Part shown: piece by piece, positions 1-12,017 of the stretch | Layout: the number at the start of each line of letters is the position of its first letter | Numbering within the stretch: position 1 is the stretch's first letter | Source of the DNA: Paraspadella gotoi | Taxonomy: Eukaryota; Animalia; Chaetognatha | Reading direction: 5' to 3' | Length of the DNA stretch: 26,080 nt | NCBI GenBank assembly: GCA_051294375.1 | Contig: CM119270.1 | Span: forward strand, 6,381,295 to 6,407,374 | Program-made: the position numbers and the translations under genes | Notes under the pieces: model-generated | Seen by the model: only the letters and a program-made list of their open reading frames with translations | Told to the model about the DNA's origin: nothing | Databases searched by the model: none

Positions 1-427
1 ACCGTACTAGTTTACGCTCGATAATCGGTTTCTCAAAAACTATACCATCTCTCAGTTAAATGACCATCCATTTTTAATCTTCAATCCCCAAAAAAGTTAA
101 TGAAATTAGAATTTAGAAAGGATTCCGTCTTTGATTTTTCTATAGTTTTATTCCTTTGTTTCTTTTTTCTCCTCAATCTCTTTCTTTTCTTTTCTCCCTC
201 TGTTTCTGTCTTTTTTTCATTTTTCTTATCTTTCTTTTTTCTTCCTCACCTCGATTTCCTCTCTCAACTTTCTTTTCTTTTTATTTTTTCGATTTTCCTT
301 TCTTTCCTCCCTAATTTTCTTTTTTCTCGATCTTTCCTTCATCTCTTCCACATTTTTTTCTCTTTCTTCTTTGTTGTTTTCTTCTTCCTCCTCCTCTTCC
401 TCCGCCTCCTCCTCCTCCTCCTCCCAG

Positions 428-708
428 GCCGAGATGTCGCCTCCGCAGAGATTAACCTTTGCCCTTTTGTTCCTTTCGAGGAAATGACATCCGCCGCTTC
501 GACCGCCGCCAGCGCCGCCTGCAACGCCGCCGCCAACGCCACCAACGCCGCCACCGCCGCCCCGGCGCCGCTACCTTGTTCCTGCGGTCGCCAAGACCGC
601 TGCCAACCTCGTTGCATTCTCTGTGGCCAACCCAACACTGTGGGGCCCAGAGTCTCTTCCTGCATCGCTGCCTGTCATGGAGTCAAGGATTTTCCTCTCA
701 CTCACTGA
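428..708 (+). CDS. Probable terminal coding exon of an unidentified gene (Ala-rich tract followed by a Cys-rich segment)
   Basis: A long polypyrimidine tract ends in CCCAG (427). The GC-rich frame RDVASAEINLCPFVPFEEMTSAASTAASAACNAAANA...PCSCGRQDRCQPRCILCGQP...DFPLTH runs to TGA at 706-708. Family not recognised. Confidence 0.5.
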
Positions 709-1394
709 TGTTGGGACCTCGTCCTTTCCTCGACCACAGAACAAACGGAATCACTGAGTAACAGGCTCAATGATAGATCGATGATAATCCATCATTACTT
801 CTCAGTTCTCACTATCACATTATCACATATAATCGACCACCCTAGCCTCAAATTTTTCATCCCCACGATGACAAATCTTATTTTTAGACTCTTTTTCCCT
901 TTCTCTATTACCTGTCGATTTTATACCAATTATTTTTTGTCATGTAACCATTGTATTTTTCCCATCCTTTTCTTTTCTCTTTCCCTATCTGTTCCTAATT
1001 ACTTTTCTTTATCTCACACTGCACCTTCTATCCTTTTTTCCTCTTCTCGTTTTGCCTTTTTCTTCCGTCTCCCCCTTTTTTTTCCTCCTCTCTTAGTTTT
1101 TGCACCTATCTTTTTATTCTTTCTTCTATCTCCTCCCCTTTTCCTGTTCTCTTTCTCCACTTTTCTTCCTTCTTCTCTCTTGTTTTCCTCCTCTCTTTCT
1201 GAAATTTAAAACTATGTATATAATTAGTTCCATTTGTATTTTTTGTTTTGTTAATTTATTTACATTTTCTTTAAAAATGTGTACATTACATGTATATGTA
1301 CGGCTCATTAACTGTTACATTGTTACTGTGTTAAACATTCACATTTTGAGCATAAATAAATCAAATCAAAAATCAATCCCTCACCTCTTCCATT

Positions 1395-1510
1395 CTTCTC
1401 TCTTCTTCTTCTTTCTTTCTTTTCTTTCTTTTCTTTCTTTCTTTCTTTCTTTTCTTCTTTCTTTTCTTTCTTTCTTCTTTCTTTCTTTCTTTCTTTTCTT
1501 TCTTTCATTC
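1395..1510. repeat. (CTTT)n / (CTT)n microsatellite
   Basis: Direct read of tandem tttc/ttc units. Confidence 0.9.
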
Positions 1511-2423
1511 TCCTTTTTCCTCCTCTCTTTTCTCCCATTTTCCATCTCCTCTCTTTTTTTTCTTCCTTCTCTTCCCTCCTATTAATCTTTCGTCGATGAA
1601 ATGAACGTCATAACGGCCAAAACAGAATCTTCCCCCCCCCTCGCAGAAGGGTAACGGCGGTGACCGGATTGAAGGGGGGCGGGGGGATGGAAGGGGGAAG
1701 GCTGTTCTGATTATGGGAGAGGGAGATGGAAATGAAATGAGCTGCAAGGGAAAGGAGGATTGTGTTGGTGAGGGAGAAGAGACCCGGAGATGATAATTCG
1801 AAAGTCAGCCACTCTTGTTTGCATGAAACTTTTTTTGGTATAACTATGAAAACTAAGGTGGCTTTTTGGCTTTCTTTGGGAATACGAAACAAATTTAGTT
1901 TTTACATCTGTGGAAGATATAATTATCATTGTCGAACGTTCCTATACCAGAATTTTGATTAAATGTGTTCGTATCGTTTCCTGTTCTTTTTTTCGTTGCT
2001 ACTTAATATTGGAGTTACAAAGTTTTAGAGATTTTATTTTCAATATTAAACGTGTTTACAATTAGTATCGAACCATTGTTAAAACTCCAGCGCCATTTCA
2101 GGGCCAGATTCTTGCCTTAGCTAACTGTTGATGCTGTTCGGGTCATCTTGGACGTTGCCTTTTTTTTCTTGTGAGAAGAAGAAAGTCAATTTGGTGAATA
2201 GAATAAGAACAAAGTGATTGCGAAACAAAACTGAAATTTGGAAATGAAAGCCAACAAAAACAGTTAAAAAAAAGAAAAAGTTTGAAAAAAACAAAAAAGA
2301 AAACGAAGAATTAAGAAAAAGTGAGAAAAAAAACTCGTAATTGGGAAAGAATTTCATCGAATAACGCGTTTCTCTTCTTGCATTTTTCCTCAGCTTGACG
2401 CGAAAGAAATTGAATAATTCAAG

Positions 2424-2427
<4 letters not shown>

Positions 2428-2474
<47 letters not shown>

Positions 2475-2652
2475 CAGGAGAGAGAGAGAGAGAGAGAGAG
2501 AGAAGAGAGAAGAGAGATGAATAGATCAGCTTTCCTCTCCCAAAAGAAAGTACATCGCCATTTTTCCACCTCTAACGAAATAGCATGGCAAACGATCTGA
2601 TGGAGGGTATTTTCTTTAACCGATCTTCTCTCTCTTCTCTCTTCTCTCTCTC

Positions 2653-2715
<63 letters not shown>

Positions 2716-2750
2716 GTCTCTCTCTTCTCTCACTCTCTCTTCCTCTCTCT
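2428..2750. repeat. (GA)n tract (2428-2517) and (CT)n tract (2625-2750) in opposite orientation
   Basis: Direct read. Confidence 0.9.
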
Positions 2751-4048
2751 CGATATATCTATCTCATCTGTGCTCTGCTTCTTAACTCTCTCTCGATTTA
2801 CCATAAAATTTAATCCTTTTTTAAACGTAAGGGTGACCCCCCTAGGAAAAAAACCCAGCGGTCCCCGCTTCAATGAGACGATGAGGAACCAGGTGATTCA
2901 AAATTCTGCATTTTAATTTTTTTTCACTTTGAACTTTTCTTTGTATTTAGAATTGCCAATTATTGTTCGTCCGATTATCTTTGTTCCATTAAGCATTGCG
3001 CAACCTGCTTGCCTTACGATCACGCTCGGTCTACATTAGTTTGCCTATTGCCTAAAGGCCATACTAATATGCTCATGATTAATGCTTTATACATATTTTT
3101 ACATTCCTACTTTTTTCTTTCTTCCTCCATTTTTTTCCTTTCTCTTTTACATCCTCGTATTTCATTTTGCTTTTTAACTTTAATATTTTCATATTAATTC
3201 TTTCTTTTCACACCTCGTCATTTTTTCATCTTCTTTCTATCGCTTTCCTTCATTCCCTCACTCTCTTCTCTCTCTCCTCTTCTCTCTACTCCTTTTTCTT
3301 TTTCACCTTTCCCCCCCCACTCTTTCTCACTTCTTAATCCTTCATGACTATTTCCTTCTCACGCTTCCTCCCTCCTACCCAAAGCCTCCTGCCCTTTCCC
3401 TCCTTCCCTTATTCTCCTCCGCTTCTTTTCCCCCTTTTCTACTTCCTCTTCCTCTCACTTCTTCCCCTTTTCTTTCCACCTCCAACCCTCCTCTCCTCCT
3501 CCCTCCCTCTGCTTCTTTCTAGCCCTTTCTTCTCCTCTCTCTTCCTCCTCTCCCCTCCCTTCCCCTCTTTTTCTTTTCTTCCTTCCTCCCTCCCACTCTC
3601 CTCCTCCCCTCTCCTCCTCTGTCTTCTCTCCTCTAGAAAGAACCGTCGCGATGTCGAGCCGTTGCGAGAAAAAGATTTTATAACGAACTTTTTGGACCGA
3701 AAACGTTTCTTCGTCGTTTTAAGACCAGAAACAAGTGTATTCGGGACAGTGGAAATACGTTTATGACTTTATTTCTATAGATGTGTGTCTATTTAACTTT
3801 AAGTACAAATATATTGCCTAAAAATTGTGTTTTTCAAATTCGTTTATATACAATAAAATCCGTGTTTTAATTGTATATATAGACATTTTATACCAAAAAC
3901 TTTATTGAAAACCAGCAAACGGTTCCTCCTGTAGAAAAGAAATTTAGAAAGAGAAGAAGAAAAGAAAAAAAAAAGAAAAACAGTGAAGAAAAAAATGTTT
4001 CGTAGAAAATTAATAAGATGACGAATGGAACTTCGGATTGGAAGAAAG

Positions 4049-4058
4049 CAGAGAGAGA

Positions 4059-4140
<82 letters not shown>
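4049..4140. repeat. (GA)n microsatellite
   Basis: Direct read. Confidence 0.95.
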
Positions 4141-4141
<1 letters not shown>

Positions 4142-4450
4142 GCATGAGAAGATATAGAAGTGAAGGAGAGAGAGACATAATATGTGAACTCTTTTCTTCG
4201 AAAGATTCTATTTTCAATAATTTTAGCTGATTGGCATCTAATCTTGAACGAAAACTCAGTATGTCCTTAGCGACATGGTCACCTAGGAGATAAGTGGTGC
4301 AATTCCTATCGGATTGCCGGCTGAATTGGGCAATCATTGGCGGCATGAATTTAGGCGCGAATGATAGGGCCCAAATTAGCCGCTATCCTACTGCGGCATG
4401 CGCGCCGGCAATTTATCCCGGGTCGCGATAACTTATGCCGAATATCTAAC

Positions 4451-4580
4451 GGTGCCGGCGATAAACTATGGCGGCCGGCAATGATCCTACGTGTGCCGTC
4501 GATGAACTTTTGGCGCCGGCAATGATCCTACGGTGCCGGCGAGAACTTATGGTGCCGGCGATGAACTTAATGTGCCGCCC
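4451..4580. repeat. ~20-21 bp GC-rich minisatellite (GGYGCCGGCRATGAWCYTAY)
   Basis: Alternating units ggcgccggcaatgatcctac / ggtgccggcgatgaacttat. The same array is at 17685-17834. Confidence 0.85.
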
Positions 4581-4930
4581 GATTGGAAACAACCGTTCGG
4601 ATGTAAAGAAACATTTTGACGAGGACTAAAAACTAATCAAGGAAATGATTTGTGGAATGCTGGACGATGATGGTTCTGTGACGTCGGAGAGGGGGGGAGG
4701 GGAGAGGGGGGAGAGGGGCGTGAGGAGGAAGACAGGGTGAGGATCAGTGGGAGGATTTGGAGTAAAAGGTTTCAAGTTGGGAAGATATTAGCGGCAAATG
4801 TGAAGATACTTTCTTGTCAAATATTTTTCTTTTCGTTTTCATTTGTAAATTGGTCCGAAATCTCGATCTCTCCTATTAGTTTCTGAGTTTGCAATCTCTT
4901 TTCTCTCTCTCTCATCCTCTCCTCTCTCTC

Positions 4931-4962
<32 letters not shown>

Positions 4963-5292
4963 CTCTCTCTCGTCTCTCTCTCTCTTCTCTCTCTCTCTCT
5001 CCCTCCCTTCTTTCTTTCATTTCATTCTCTTTCCTCCCTTCCTCTTTTTCCTCCCTCCCTTTCCTCCATTCTTCAAAAAGGTAACAACCGAACGTCAGAC
5101 ATTCGCGAATTTTTAATTCGCCTAACGACCCGAAAAAGAGGAAAGAAAGAAAAAAAAAGGAAGAAAAAAACAAAAAAAGAATGAAATTTTGTTTCGTCCC
5201 AGAAAAACGGAAGAAAGAGGTGAAGTGAAAAGACGAAGGGATAAAAGAGAATATTAGTAAATCGACAAAAAATTAAATAAGGGAGAGAAAAA

Positions 5293-5317
5293 NNNNNNNN
5301 NNNNNNNNNNNNNNNNN
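5293..5317. other. Assembly gap (25 N)
   Basis: Run of N. Confidence 1.
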
Positions 5318-5373
5318 AGAACATTTTGGAAACAAACCAAGCTGGAAGATGTGGAGGAGGTTTAAAGGAATGA

Positions 5374-5730
5374 GGTGAGTGGGGCGGGAACGGGGGAATT
5401 TTTTTTTTTTTTTTTTTTGGGGATCGATGTGGAGGATTGGGGATCGAATGTGGAGGTTGGGGATCGATGTGGAGGAGGTGAAGGACAGAGGTGAGTGGGC
5501 GGGAAACGGGGATTGGGGATCGCATGAATGGAAGGAAAGTTGGGGATCGATGTGGAAGGATTGGGGGATCGATGTTGGAGGAGGTGAAGGAAGTATGGTG
5601 TTAGTGGGCGGGAACGGGGATTGGGGATGCGATGTGGGAGGATTGGGGATCGATGTGGAGGGATTGGGGATTTCGATGTGGAGGAGGTTGAAAAGAAAGA
5701 GGGTGAGTGGGCGGGAACCGGGGATTGGGT
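5374..5730. repeat. G-rich minisatellite, ~20 bp unit GGGGATCGATGTGGAGGATT inside a ~110 bp higher-order repeat
   Basis: Repeated ggggatcgatgtggagg units. The spacer ggtgagtgggcgggaacgggg recurs near 5374, 5490, 5598 and 5702. Confidence 0.85.
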
Positions 5731-5973
5731 AACGATGAGGGGCGAAGGGCGGGAATCGAATTAAGGGACGAAAAATCGGGGGGATTTTCGTTCTTCAAAC
5801 TCGGAAAGGAAGAAAACTCCGGCACGTTTTGCATTATTTCTCTCTCTCTCTCTCTCGTCTCGGTCTCTCTCACCTCTGCTCTCTCTCTCTTCTCTCTCTC
5901 CCTCTATCTGTCATCTCTATCTTCCAGCAAATCCTGACGAATTCTTCTTTTTTCGCGATTTTCGATTTCGCAG

Positions 5974-6157
5974 GTGAACGAACCGCAAAACGAGGGAGAA
6001 AGTAGAGGAGGACGAGGAAGAGGAGGAGGACGAGGAAGTGGATGGAAAGATGACGCCGGTTAGAAACGACGACGAAGACGACGACGGCGGGGGAGAAAGG
6101 GGGGAGTGCGAGGAGGAGGAGGCCCCCCCCCCCCGGAGGAGGCAGGAGGCGAGCTAG
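5974..6157 (+). CDS. Possible exon, low complexity (RGG-rich or acidic depending on frame)
   Basis: Acceptor-like ttttcgatttcgcag (5973). One frame gives VNEPQNEGESRGGRGRGGGRGSGWKDDAG*, another gives EKVEEDEEEEEDEEVDGKMTPVRNDDEDDDGG. Confidence 0.25.
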
Positions 6158-9100
6158 GCAACGGAAAGAGGCGAGGTGACCTTATAAAACCAGGATTACC
6201 CCGCCAGCGAGACGTTCTCTGAATCTTCACATCACAGCACGCAGGCATACCCTTGATCTCACTGCTTCTGCAACCTGCTCGCTTGGCCCCGCTAATTTTC
6301 CTGTCAATATTTTTTTTCTCTTTCCGCTAGCTCACACCGATGCTTTTTATGATGAATTTATATACGTAGAATCGGAACGTTTAATGTTTTAATACAGTTT
6401 GTTTTTTTTTGGTCTCAAATTTTCCTTTGCATTAAAAGGTGGGGATAGAAAGGTTTAGCCACGACATCCTTCGGCTCTCAACCCTGACACATCTCTGAAT
6501 TAGAGCTTTTTTTGGCTTGCAAGTTGAGTCTATGGTTTAATTTCTTGGGAATCGGGCAGTACGCAAGAGTCCTTTAGTTGGAGGTATCCGCTTTGTGCGA
6601 AGATTGACTTTTGGAAAACAAAAAAGGCGTCGTCTGTATATTAAAAACTTACGGGTGCTGTCAGGTGAGATATGTTTCTGCAGAAGTAGGTGGTGAGAGG
6701 CTAGGTTGTTCTCAGCTTTCTTGGACGCTGGTGACAAGCCAAATAAAAATTCGATTCCTAAAAAGTTCGAAAAGAAGAAATGTCGATTTAATCGTTTTTG
6801 GTTTTTCGGAAATTTATTTAGTTTCTAACGGGTCAGTTTCGGGTGGCCAATTTTATATATCAATATTAGATCTCCATTCACGGTCACGAAATGTCAATAC
6901 TCAATAATGTACAAAAAGACAATTTGGAACGATTACAAACCCACGAGAGTTCCTTTTTCTCACATGCTGGAAAAATGGAATTTTACACTAGGTTCATCCA
7001 AGATACTTCACCTACGGCGTTACGAATAAAATGAATTGAATTTTTTCTCCCTAATAATTAGTAAGTGGTTAAAGTGTTAATTAGTTTAAATCTTTCATTT
7101 TATTGGCGTTAAATTCTTCGAGCAATGTCTGTTTTAATCTATAAGATTTGACCAAACAATTATTTTTTTAATAAAAAACAACGCAGTGAAATAACAAGTG
7201 AAATCTGTTTAAATCAATTACGTAATTGTTATTTAATTATAAATACATAATGAAAAAACCTTTGTCAAATATACGTGAATCGAAATACGAAATGGAAATA
7301 CCTTATTCATACTGGGAATAGTATCTCCACGGATTCGTAAATTTTGAAAAGTCGCTTTTTCCGCGGCGATGCATGGATCGCGAAAACTTTTTTTATTCTG
7401 GTGTCCATTCTAAAAAAGTGTCGACCAAAAGCAAGCAGCTTGATAAAATGAACGACGGAAAAAAAATAACATTCTGCACGGTTTTTTTCTGATTTGAAAG
7501 TCAAAAGGGTAAATCGGCCGATTGTGGTGCATAGGCAGCTTACTTATTTGAAAATGGCCGATGGTGAGATGAGAGAGAGAGAGATGAGATGGGAGAGCAG
7601 GAAGAGGTTCTCGCAATTGAACGTCGCAGAGTATTATTTCAGGTACGCGAAGAGGGGGGGGGGAAGAATACTGGTGAAGAAAATGAGTACCCGCATTTTT
7701 TTGTGCGGTAGCGTAAATTTGATCTTACTATTACAAGGTTTTGACTATAGTAGGGGGAGCAAAGGAACTTTTTGGGAAAATTCAAAAGACGCGAAAATGA
7801 TTAACAAAAATAGGGCGGGAAAATTTCTATGCAAAGTAGAATGATCGAGAAGAAATCACGAGTAAAAATCACGAAAAGAAACGAATCAAATCAATAAAAA
7901 CAGTGACCGACAACCAACGGGGGGGAAAAAAAAAAATTTCCCTGGAGTCCTGATTTTAGTTTTTTTGACTGCTGCCTTCCCCCACCTCCCTTTCCCTTGC
8001 CCCCCTTTGGCTTACCGAGCTGTTTCCCGGGCGTTCCGGTTTTCGCCTTGCCGGTCTGCTGTCGCCGGCAGGTGACCCAGGGGCAGCATCCCGATCGTGG
8101 CCTGGGCGGAAACTGGTGTCGTGAAATTACCGCTTGCTTTCGTAGGCGCAATTTAATGGCACTCTCCTGCAGGCCCACTGGGGGGAACATTTGAAAAGTT
8201 CATGGTTGTGATATAATTAATGCTAAATTGGTACAACGCAATAGTGAAAATTATCCATTAAATTCAATGAAATAAGCTATCTCTGCGCTACGCCGACTAC
8301 TGATTTGAACAGGTTTGAGGCAACCATTCCAGTGTATCACTTTTTATTCTTTTTACTTACAAAGTTAATCATCATTATTTTAATCGTAAAACGACGAACG
8401 TCTCCCTAAGCCTCGGCAGCAGCCTTGACCGAGCATTGGCGGCCGTTCGAACATCCAGGCGGCCGATGAGGAGAGCATGAGCTGATGTGCAGCAATAGAG
8501 AGACGTGTAGGTGGAAAGTCTGGCTCGTACAGGAGACACCCTGGCGGACATCTTGTTACGGGTCCGCGGGTCCCAATGCTGAAAGGGTCGGTCGGTATTG
8601 AAAATTATTTCTTCAAAATGATGGATATAATAGTTATGATCGAGTGGTCTTAACTCTTTCTGTGGCATAATATGATACGCATCGGCCAATCAAGAACGTA
8701 TGACCAAAATAGTCTGCGAAAAGTCAATTTTGGGTAGAAAAAACGAAGCCGCAAATGTATTTAACTATCGATATAGTAATTATGACAGTCAAAATAAATG
8801 ATGATTTTTTAATAAATCTTACTGAACCCCGTGAGCAAATCAACCTAATACCAAAAAAAAATTACATCTAATTAATACGCTAATAAATAAAAATTTATGA
8901 TACCATTTGAAAAATCATTGACCGTTTTTAAAATGTCGCAAACTTCATAAAAATGTCTAAAACTTTCTCCTAAATATCACCCATCTTCCGCCGCCGCGTC
9001 GCGGAGGTAGAAAAAAGGTACCATTCTACAACCAAACCCTCTCCGTTAAAACCAGCCCAGCTCTGCTCACCATTTCTTCATCCCACCCTCAATCAAACAC

Positions 9101-12017
9101 TAATGGCACCCAATGCATACCCAATCACCTCATATTCACATACTGCCTCTCCTCTTTCACCCCGCGCCGTTCCTTCTGCCAAAACCCAAAAGGGCCACCA
9201 AGATGTGCCCGACGGATGGTGCATTTGGGTGAAGAGTCCGTAGGTGGAGCGGCCTTTTCGTTGTAGCAGATTATTGTTCGGGCGCGCACGGAAGGCGAGC
9301 AGTGGAAGCCGGTGAAGGAGAGCGGCCGCCCGGATGGCAACCAGCCCGAGTAGGCTAGCGCCAGACGGTGGGATCTCTTCGATCTTCCGTTCAGATACGT
9401 TCCGAAATCTATCTGGCCAACCCCCCGAAAAAAACCAGGGGGTGTGGGATAAAGTCTAATATTAAAATATTTGAGATTTTGTAATTTCCCTAACACCTTG
9501 TGATACTGGCCGATTCCAGGGACGTAGGGGGGGCACTAGGAGAAATAGGTGGTGCCTCGGTCTGGGCGTGGCAGAAGTTTCGCAGGATTTAATGAGGAAA
9601 AATGACACAACCACCAATTTGGGCGAAGAATGGCTTTAAGCTTTTTTATTTCAAAATATTTAGATTGCCGTTTTTTGCCCACAGAGTAAACAAACTTCCT
9701 TAAAAACCTTTAAAACATAACCCAAAAATGATCATGCGAATGCGTAATTCTATACGGTACACCTTTCCTTTTCTTCATCGTAATTTTTATCCTTTATCGC
9801 TCCCACTGCAACTACTGCTACCACCTTGCAATCTATCTCGTCCTTTCTCCTTCTCGACCGATCTGCATAAACCCTTCTCTTACACCAACCATCACGCTTA
9901 TTTATTACAATGAACTGGATATCTTTCATCACTTCGGTTTCTACCCAATTTTCATAACGCTCAACTTGCCTTCATCGACGGGACAATCGCTATATCACGA
10001 CGAAATTACTAATGGCTTTCAACTCACTAATTCCCGATATCTCAATCCCTGCACCGTCCTGCCGGATTACACCGCGCCCTCTACCGCCGCCCAATGTCAG
10101 CCCCCTGTTTCTCTAGCCTTGTCATGTTGCTACGACGTCGTCGCCGCCTCATTTTAGATGCGACGGGTTTCCTGAATTTGTTTTGGAAGCTGTTTTTCTT
10201 GGAAATTATTTGACTAAAATATAGAGAAAGTCATAAGTTTATAATTAATTTCGTAAGATTATTTACCAGTTACATTCAATGCAATAAAATTAATATTAAT
10301 AATTATATTATTTATTTTATAATAAAAAAAAAATGGTAAAGGAAACAGAATAACAAGCGTGTTAGTCAACTAACAAACTTAACTAATTCTAGATAATATT
10401 AATTGTAATGATGAAAAAACTTGAAAAAGAAAAATGTAGAAAGTGACGAAGAGAGAAAGAGAAAAAAATATATTTGGAAATTTTTAGAATTACATTGTGG
10501 TTTTTTTCTTTGTCCTTTAAGTAAATTTTTATTATGCTATTGAGGCAAAAGGAAAAGTTTTGGTATGCAGATTTTATCAATTATCTTGATTAGTGATTAG
10601 CTTAAATTATCAAAAATAGTAGATTCAAAGATAGTATGTCAACGCCAATTTTTTTCATTTACAAATATATGAATTAGAAGATAAAAAAAGATTCAGGATG
10701 AAAAAGTTAAGATAGAAATAACCTTAAATACTTTAGATTTAAAATATTTTATTTAAATCAAACTAAAGTTAAATTATAAAATTTAAACGACTATTTTTAA
10801 CTAGTTAAGCGAATTCCTCAAAAATTAACGGTTTAACGGGAACCCTATTGGCCGTGTGCCGGTCCGCTTTGATTATTGGATTGATCCTCCGCCTTTTTCT
10901 CCCTCATCTCTTAATTTCGGGTCCACAAACCAACGCTACTCCGAGACTACATGCGCCACGCTTGAAGATGAACCGACCTTTCGAGAGAACGCCTCGGCAT
11001 TGACGCGGGGCCTAGGAGCGCGGGGCAGGAGGCGAGACAAGACTGAGAAAGCTAAAGAGGGAGAAAGAAGAAAAGACGTGGGTGGCGTGGGGGGGGGGGG
11101 AACGCGAGAACACAAATGCTAGTCTTATTTCTTTATTCCTTCGCTGTTTTTTATTCTTACCTTTTTTATTCCTCCGCTTTTTTATTCCTTACCTTTTTTA
11201 TTTCCTTTCGCAGTTTTTTTTGCGTCGTGTTGTGATGGCTATATCTGCGAAAGTCTCAAAAATGTTGGCTTGATCCAATAGTTATATTAATTTTTACTGA
11301 TATTGTCACTTTGTACGGTTTTTTTAGTTTTGATATATATATATAGTATATATTATCGTAAAAGTAAGGCATAGGGAGGAAAGGAAATGAAGAAAAAGGA
11401 AAGAAAAAAAGGGGATAGAAAAAGGAAAGAGTGAAAATTGCGCGTGGGAGGCGAAAATGGCGTCGTTCATCCAAAATGGACGCCATTGTTTTTTCTCATT
11501 CTTTTTGCTTGGTATGATAGAATGGTAACAGAGGTAAGACGAATAAAAAAAACCATTAGCAAAAAAATATTTCTGTTTTTGTGAAAGAGTTGTTCTGCCT
11601 CTCCCTGGAGATTATTCCATTAAAGATTGATTCGGGAAGGAAGATCAAAGATCAAAGGTTAGTGTTGTTTGGCGACATTTCCTACCCTCTCTCTCGTCGT
11701 ACCGATCTCTCTCTCTCTCTCTCTCTCCGTCTCTCTCTCTTCTCTCTTCTCTCTCTCCTTCTGTCGTCTCTTCCTCTTTTAATTCGCCTCCTGCTCTTTT
11801 TTTTTTAGCTTCCGTTTATCTTTTTCAATGAATTCTTATTCTTTACCTCTTTTTTTTTTTTTCGCCTTCTCCTCCATTTCTTTTAAAGTTTTTTCCTTTT
11901 TTTTTTCTTTTTCTCCTTTTTTTTATTTTTCTTTTCTGTGGCTTTTTTTTCCTTTTCCACTACTGTCTCGGGACATAGGAAGAGAGAAGGTTGCGAATGT
12001 TTAGTCGTGAAAATACG

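Larger units (their letters stand above)
1889..5292 (+). repeat. Copy 1 of a ~3.1-3.4 kb direct duplication (copy 2 at ~15495-18553)
   Basis: Colinear shared sequence runs from acaaatttagttttt...ttttgattaaatgtgttcgtatcg to ...aaataagggagaga. Differences are mostly small indels. Copy 1 ends exactly at the 25-N gap. Confidence 0.95.

Noticed and set aside
100-427. Hydrophobic F/L/S-rich N-terminus of ORF 100..708 and many similar F/L/S or E/R/K ORFs across the window
   Set aside because: These are translations of pyrimidine/purine microsatellites, which lack stop codons by composition; they are not evidence of coding.
2428-2750. Facing (GA)n and (CT)n tracts as a functional fold-back
   Set aside because: Expected by chance at this microsatellite density.
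4451-4580. Regularly spaced GC-rich repeats as a CRISPR array
   Set aside because: The units are adjacent with no unique spacers, there are no cas genes, and the context is eukaryotic.
6540-7015. Minus-strand VKYLG*T*CKIPFFQHV and KAENNLA...LIY resembling a LINE RT C-terminus
   Set aside because: It contains stops, and the spacing to the VRQG-like motif (~1.5 kb) and between the two pieces is far longer than in an intact RT.
8016-8170. Minus-strand GC-rich segment ending in donor-like TCG|GTAAGC
   Set aside because: No convincing acceptor and no recognisable translation in any frame.
10856-11010. NFGS..RYS..RPFERTP resembling a FERM-adjacent motif
   Set aside because: Needs a frameshift, the match is short, and there are no splice signals or FERM exons nearby.
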